Positions 61,608 to 64,000 of a stretch of DNA of 64,000 nt are shown here, in pieces. The stretch is from Terriglobia bacterium (GTDB lineage Bacteria; Acidobacteriota; Polarisedimenticolia; Polarisedimenticolales; JAIQFR01): assembly GCA_963748015.1 (NCBI GenBank), contig CAVVHE010000004.1:1184001-1248000 (forward strand), given 5' to 3'. The position numbers and the translations under genes were made by a program. The notes under the pieces were generated by a model. It did no database searches. It had not been told where the DNA came from and was given only the letters and a program-made list of their open reading frames with translations. Positions within the stretch are counted from its first letter, which is position 1. The number at the start of each line of letters is the position of its first letter.

Positions 61608-64000
61608 ATGAGCCGGCGGCTGGTCAGATTCGCGATCCTCCTCGGGTTGCCCGTGGCGATCCTGATCGCCGGCGAGGTCGCGGCGCGCCTCGCTCTCGGC
61701 CGCACGCCGGAGGCCGTGAAGGGCGACCTCGAGGCGGAGGCGGCCCGGCTGGACGACTTCTTCCGCGGGTCCCTCGACTCGGCTCTCGCCACGGCCCGCG
61801 CCGCGCTCGAGCGCTCCACCGCGGCCGCTTGGGACGAGGGAGCAAGGCCAGGCCCCCTCGCGGCGCGGCTCGAAGGGGTGGCGCTGCTCGACGCCTCCGG
61901 CGCCTACCTATCGTGGGAGGGACGTCCGGATCGTCTGCGGCCGGCGGCCTCGACGGCCGGCCCGCTGTGGGAGATCCAGGTCGAAGGGCTCAACACCCGC
62001 CTCGTCGTGGCCACTCCCCGCGACGCGTCGGGTCGCGTGGGGTCCGCGACCTACCTCCTGGACTCCCCGCGGCAGGACCTGCGATTCACCGCGCTGCTCC
62101 CGGGGTCCCTCGCGCGAGGCGCGGTGCGCTCGATCGATTTCCTGGACGCCGACGAGCCGCGGACCGATTCCGCCGGCGTGGTCGGCGACGGGCGGCCGCT
62201 GTTCAGGAGCGCCCCGGTCGCGACGCTCTACCTTCCGCTGCGTTCCCCCGCGGGAGAGGTGATCGGTCTCGCGACGCTCGAGAAAGTGTCGCCGGGGCAC
62301 GTCGCGGCCCGGCGCCGCGCCGCGGCGACGTCGACCGCGGCTGCCCTCCTGTGCGTGCTGGCCGCCGCGATCTTCGACTGGAGCCGCCGGAGCTCGTGGC
62401 GTGGTTTCGTCGGCAGCGTCGCGGCCGTCGCCGCCGGCAGGGCCGTCCTCCTCGTCACACGCGCTCCGCTGCATCTTCTCCCGCGGGAGGTGGGCTCCGC
62501 GAGCGCGTACGGCTCTCCCGGAGCTTTCGGCCTGCTCGGCTCGCCCGCGGACCTGCTCCTCACCTCCGTGGCGGCCTTCCTCGTCGCCCTCTCCCTCGCG
62601 CGCGTGTTCCGGGAAGTATGCGCCGCGAGGCCCCGCGTCGCGGCCGCGGGATCGGCGGCGGCAGGGCTCGTGCTCGCGGTTTTCGCGGGCGCCCTCGCGG
62701 CCGATCTCGCCCGGGACGCTCGCGCGCCTCTCCTCCGCCTCGAGCAGACCACGCGCTCCCCGGGACAGGTCCTGCTGCTCCTCGGTCTAGGCCTCCTGGT
62801 CCTGGGCGCCGCCGAGCTCCTCGCGTTGCCGTGGGCCCTGCGGCGCCGGACGGCGCTCCCGGCCCCGCCCCGCGCGACGCGCCTTGCCGTGGCGGTCGCG
62901 GCGCTCCCCGTGGTCGCGCTCGCGAGCGCCGCGCTGCTTTCCACCACGGACCGGGCGGCGCGGGAGCGCCTGCTCTCGGAGTTCGCGCCTCAGGTCGTGG
63001 AACAGTCCTCGCGGAGGAGAGTCACCCTCGTGTCCGGGCTGCGCGAGGCCGCGCAGTCCGACCGGGCCGTCGACGCGGTGTCCGGGCCGACGGGGCCGCG
63101 GGACGAGTACGCCGCCTACCTCGCGTGGGTCGACAGCGATCTCTTCCGCGCCGGCTACAAGTCCTCCCTCGATTTCTACGACACGGGCGGGCAGCGTCGA
63201 AGCCGCTTCGGCTTCGACGTACCGCAGCTCGCCGAGGACGTCCCGAAGGGCGACGCGCCGCCGGCGATCGTCGTTCGCGAGGAGACCTCGCGACTCGGCG
63301 CGATCCAGCAGCGCCTCCTGCACGCCGAGGCGCCGATCGTCGACGGCAAGGGGGCCCGGATCGGGACCGTGGTCGGGCACGTCCTCGACGAGCCCGACAA
63401 CCTCCCCTTCCTCCCCGCCTCCGCGACGTTCCTCGCCGCGCTCGGGCCCGGCGCACCGCGCACCTCGGCGGGGGAATCGGCCGGAGCTCCCGACTACATC
63501 CTGTACGACGCGACCGGCACGGTGCTCCTCTCGACGATCAACCAGCCGCCGGCGGCCGCCGGCCCGATGCGCGAGGCGGGGCGCGCCCGCCGAACGCTGG
63601 AGCTCGACGTGGCGGGGCAGCCGTACCTCGCCCTTCCCCTCGCTTCGGGAGACCTCCTTCACGTCCTGCTCCTCCCGAGATTGGCGCTGATCGACGAGCT
63701 CGGGACCTTCGCGCGCCTCTCGATCGTCGTCCTTTCCCTCCTCGGCGTCCTCGCGGCCGCGCCCCTTCTGATCCGGGGGAGCGGACTGGCGGAGATCGTG
63801 CGGGGCGTGAGGGCCTCCTTCTACCGGAAACTGCTCGCCGCGCTGCTCGCCGCGTCCATCCTCCCGCTTCTCGGCCTGGCGTTCTTCGTCCGCGGAACGA
63901 TCGAGCGGCGCGCCGAGGCGGGCTTCGTGGAGTCCACCGCCCAGCTCGCGCGGATCGTCAGCCGCGTGGTCGCGGACTGCGCCGCCGTCGAGGAGCGCGG
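61608..64000 (+). CDS. Large multi-TM membrane protein, probably a sensor histidine kinase (C-terminus beyond window)
   Basis: ATG 61608 is in frame with ...SFYRKLLAALLAASILPLLGLAFF near the window end; TM and periplasmic alternation; kinase core not visible. Confidence 0.6.
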   Translation, partial: MSRRLVRFAILLGLPVAILIAGEVAARLALGRTPEAVKGDLEAEAARLDDFFRGSLDSALATARAALERSTAAAWDEGARPGPLAARLEGVALLDASGAYLSWEGRPDRLRPAASTAGPLWEIQVEGLNTRLVVATPRDASGRVGSATYLLDSPRQDLRFTALLPGSLARGAVRSIDFLDADEPRTDSAGVVGDGRPLFRSAPVATLYLPLRSPAGEVIGLATLEKVSPGHVAARRRAAATSTAAALLCVLAAAIFDWSRRSSWRGFVGSVAAVAAGRAVLLVTRAPLHLLPREVGSASAYGSPGAFGLLGSPADLLLTSVAAFLVALSLARVFREVCAARPRVAAAGSAAAGLVLAVFAGALAADLARDARAPLLRLEQTTRSPGQVLLLLGLGLLVLGAAELLALPWALRRRTALPAPPRATRLAVAVAALPVVALASAALLSTTDRAARERLLSEFAPQVVEQSSRRRVTLVSGLREAAQSDRAVDAVSGPTGPRDEYAAYLAWVDSDLFRAGYKSSLDFYDTGGQRRSRFGFDVPQLAEDVPKGDAPPAIVVREETSRLGAIQQRLLHAEAPIVDGKGARIGTVVGHVLDEPDNLPFLPASATFLAALGPGAPRTSAGESAGAPDYILYDATGTVLLSTINQPPAAAGPMREAGRARRTLELDVAGQPYLALPLASGDLLHVLLLPRLALIDELGTFARLSIVVLSLLGVLAAAPLLIRGSGLAEIVRGVRASFYRKLLAALLAASILPLLGLAFFVRGTIERRAEAGFVESTAQLARIVSRVVADCAAVEER

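Overview
Very GC-rich bacterial chromosome segment. It looks like Acidobacteriota, an inference from gene content and protein style. Most of it is housekeeping: gcvT-H-PA-PB, ccsA-hemA-hemC-hemD, uppS-cdsA-dxr-rseP-comEA-pseudopilin, galE, truA, an LD-carboxypeptidase, RNase P RNA, tsaC, mnmA, ileS-lspA-lgt-rluD, purA and five tRNAs (Gly-CCC, Glu-TTC, Lys-TTT, Ala-CGC, Val-CAC). It also holds two c-di-GMP/two-component clusters, a MacAB-like ABC exporter and an LTA-synthase-family gene. Accessory-looking parts are a Kelch/MopE-like/TSP3 surface protein, a GT-C/TPR/GT-C cassette between two tRNAs, and a ~1030-aa Cys-rich secreted protein lying between an intact LTA-synthase gene and a multiply deleted mosaic copy of it. 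The most notable signal is that the two otherwise unrelated secreted proteins end in the same ~90-110-aa C-terminal domain, a candidate lineage-specific sorting or anchoring signal. At least four genes carry single-base frameshifts in short runs, probably sequencing errors. I found no CRISPR array, transposase, integrase or reverse transcriptase. All calls come from reading motifs by eye; no database searches were run.
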